A DNA stretch of 15,431 nucleotides from Burkholderiales bacterium (GTDB lineage Bacteria; Pseudomonadota; Gammaproteobacteria; Burkholderiales; Burkholderiaceae_D): assembly GCA_016177875.1 (NCBI GenBank), contig JACOUL010000008.1, positions 1 through 15,431 of the forward strand. Reading direction: 5' to 3'. This document shows positions 15,375 through 15,431 of this stretch, in pieces; within the stretch, counting starts at the first letter, position 1; each line of letters starts with the position of its first letter. Both the position numbers and the translations under genes were made by a program. Under the pieces are notes generated by a model. The model was not told where the DNA came from, did not search any database, and worked only from the letters and a program-made list of their open reading frames with translations.

Positions 15375-15431
15375 GAATGAGAATCCTATGGTCCGAAGCT
15401 AATCCAGCCGCTATTTTACTGTGAGCGCTTT

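Overview
The window is a GC-moderate proteobacterial chromosomal segment, betaproteobacterial in character (inferred from gene content and synteny, not proven). Housekeeping genes sit at both ends. On the left, the minus strand carries yajQ, a hypothetical gene and a retropepsin-like membrane protease, followed by murB on the plus strand. On the right is thyA. Between them are two things of note. (a) A seven-gene, translationally coupled plus-strand operon that pairs an allophanate-hydrolase-like amidase with a Dpp/Opp-type five-component ABC importer and ends in a GntR/FCD regulator. A 269-bp perfectly terminated palindromic structured element lies immediately upstream of this operon, and its left arm starts on the G of the murB stop codon. 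(b) An AT-richer accessory stretch of about 3.4 kb (11.2-14.6 kb) with small genes. Among them is an exosortase-CPBP protease fusion of the XrtE/VPEID-CTERM type, placed directly downstream of a 60-codon gene. That gene encodes a signal peptide, a His-rich HPHFHFHGHG motif, a PEID sorting motif, a transmembrane helix and a KKK tail. It is an unusually minimal candidate exosortase substrate and the most interesting system in the window. No rRNA, tRNA, CRISPR array or obvious transposase was found. Many long GC-driven antisense shadow ORFs in the six-frame track were rejected.
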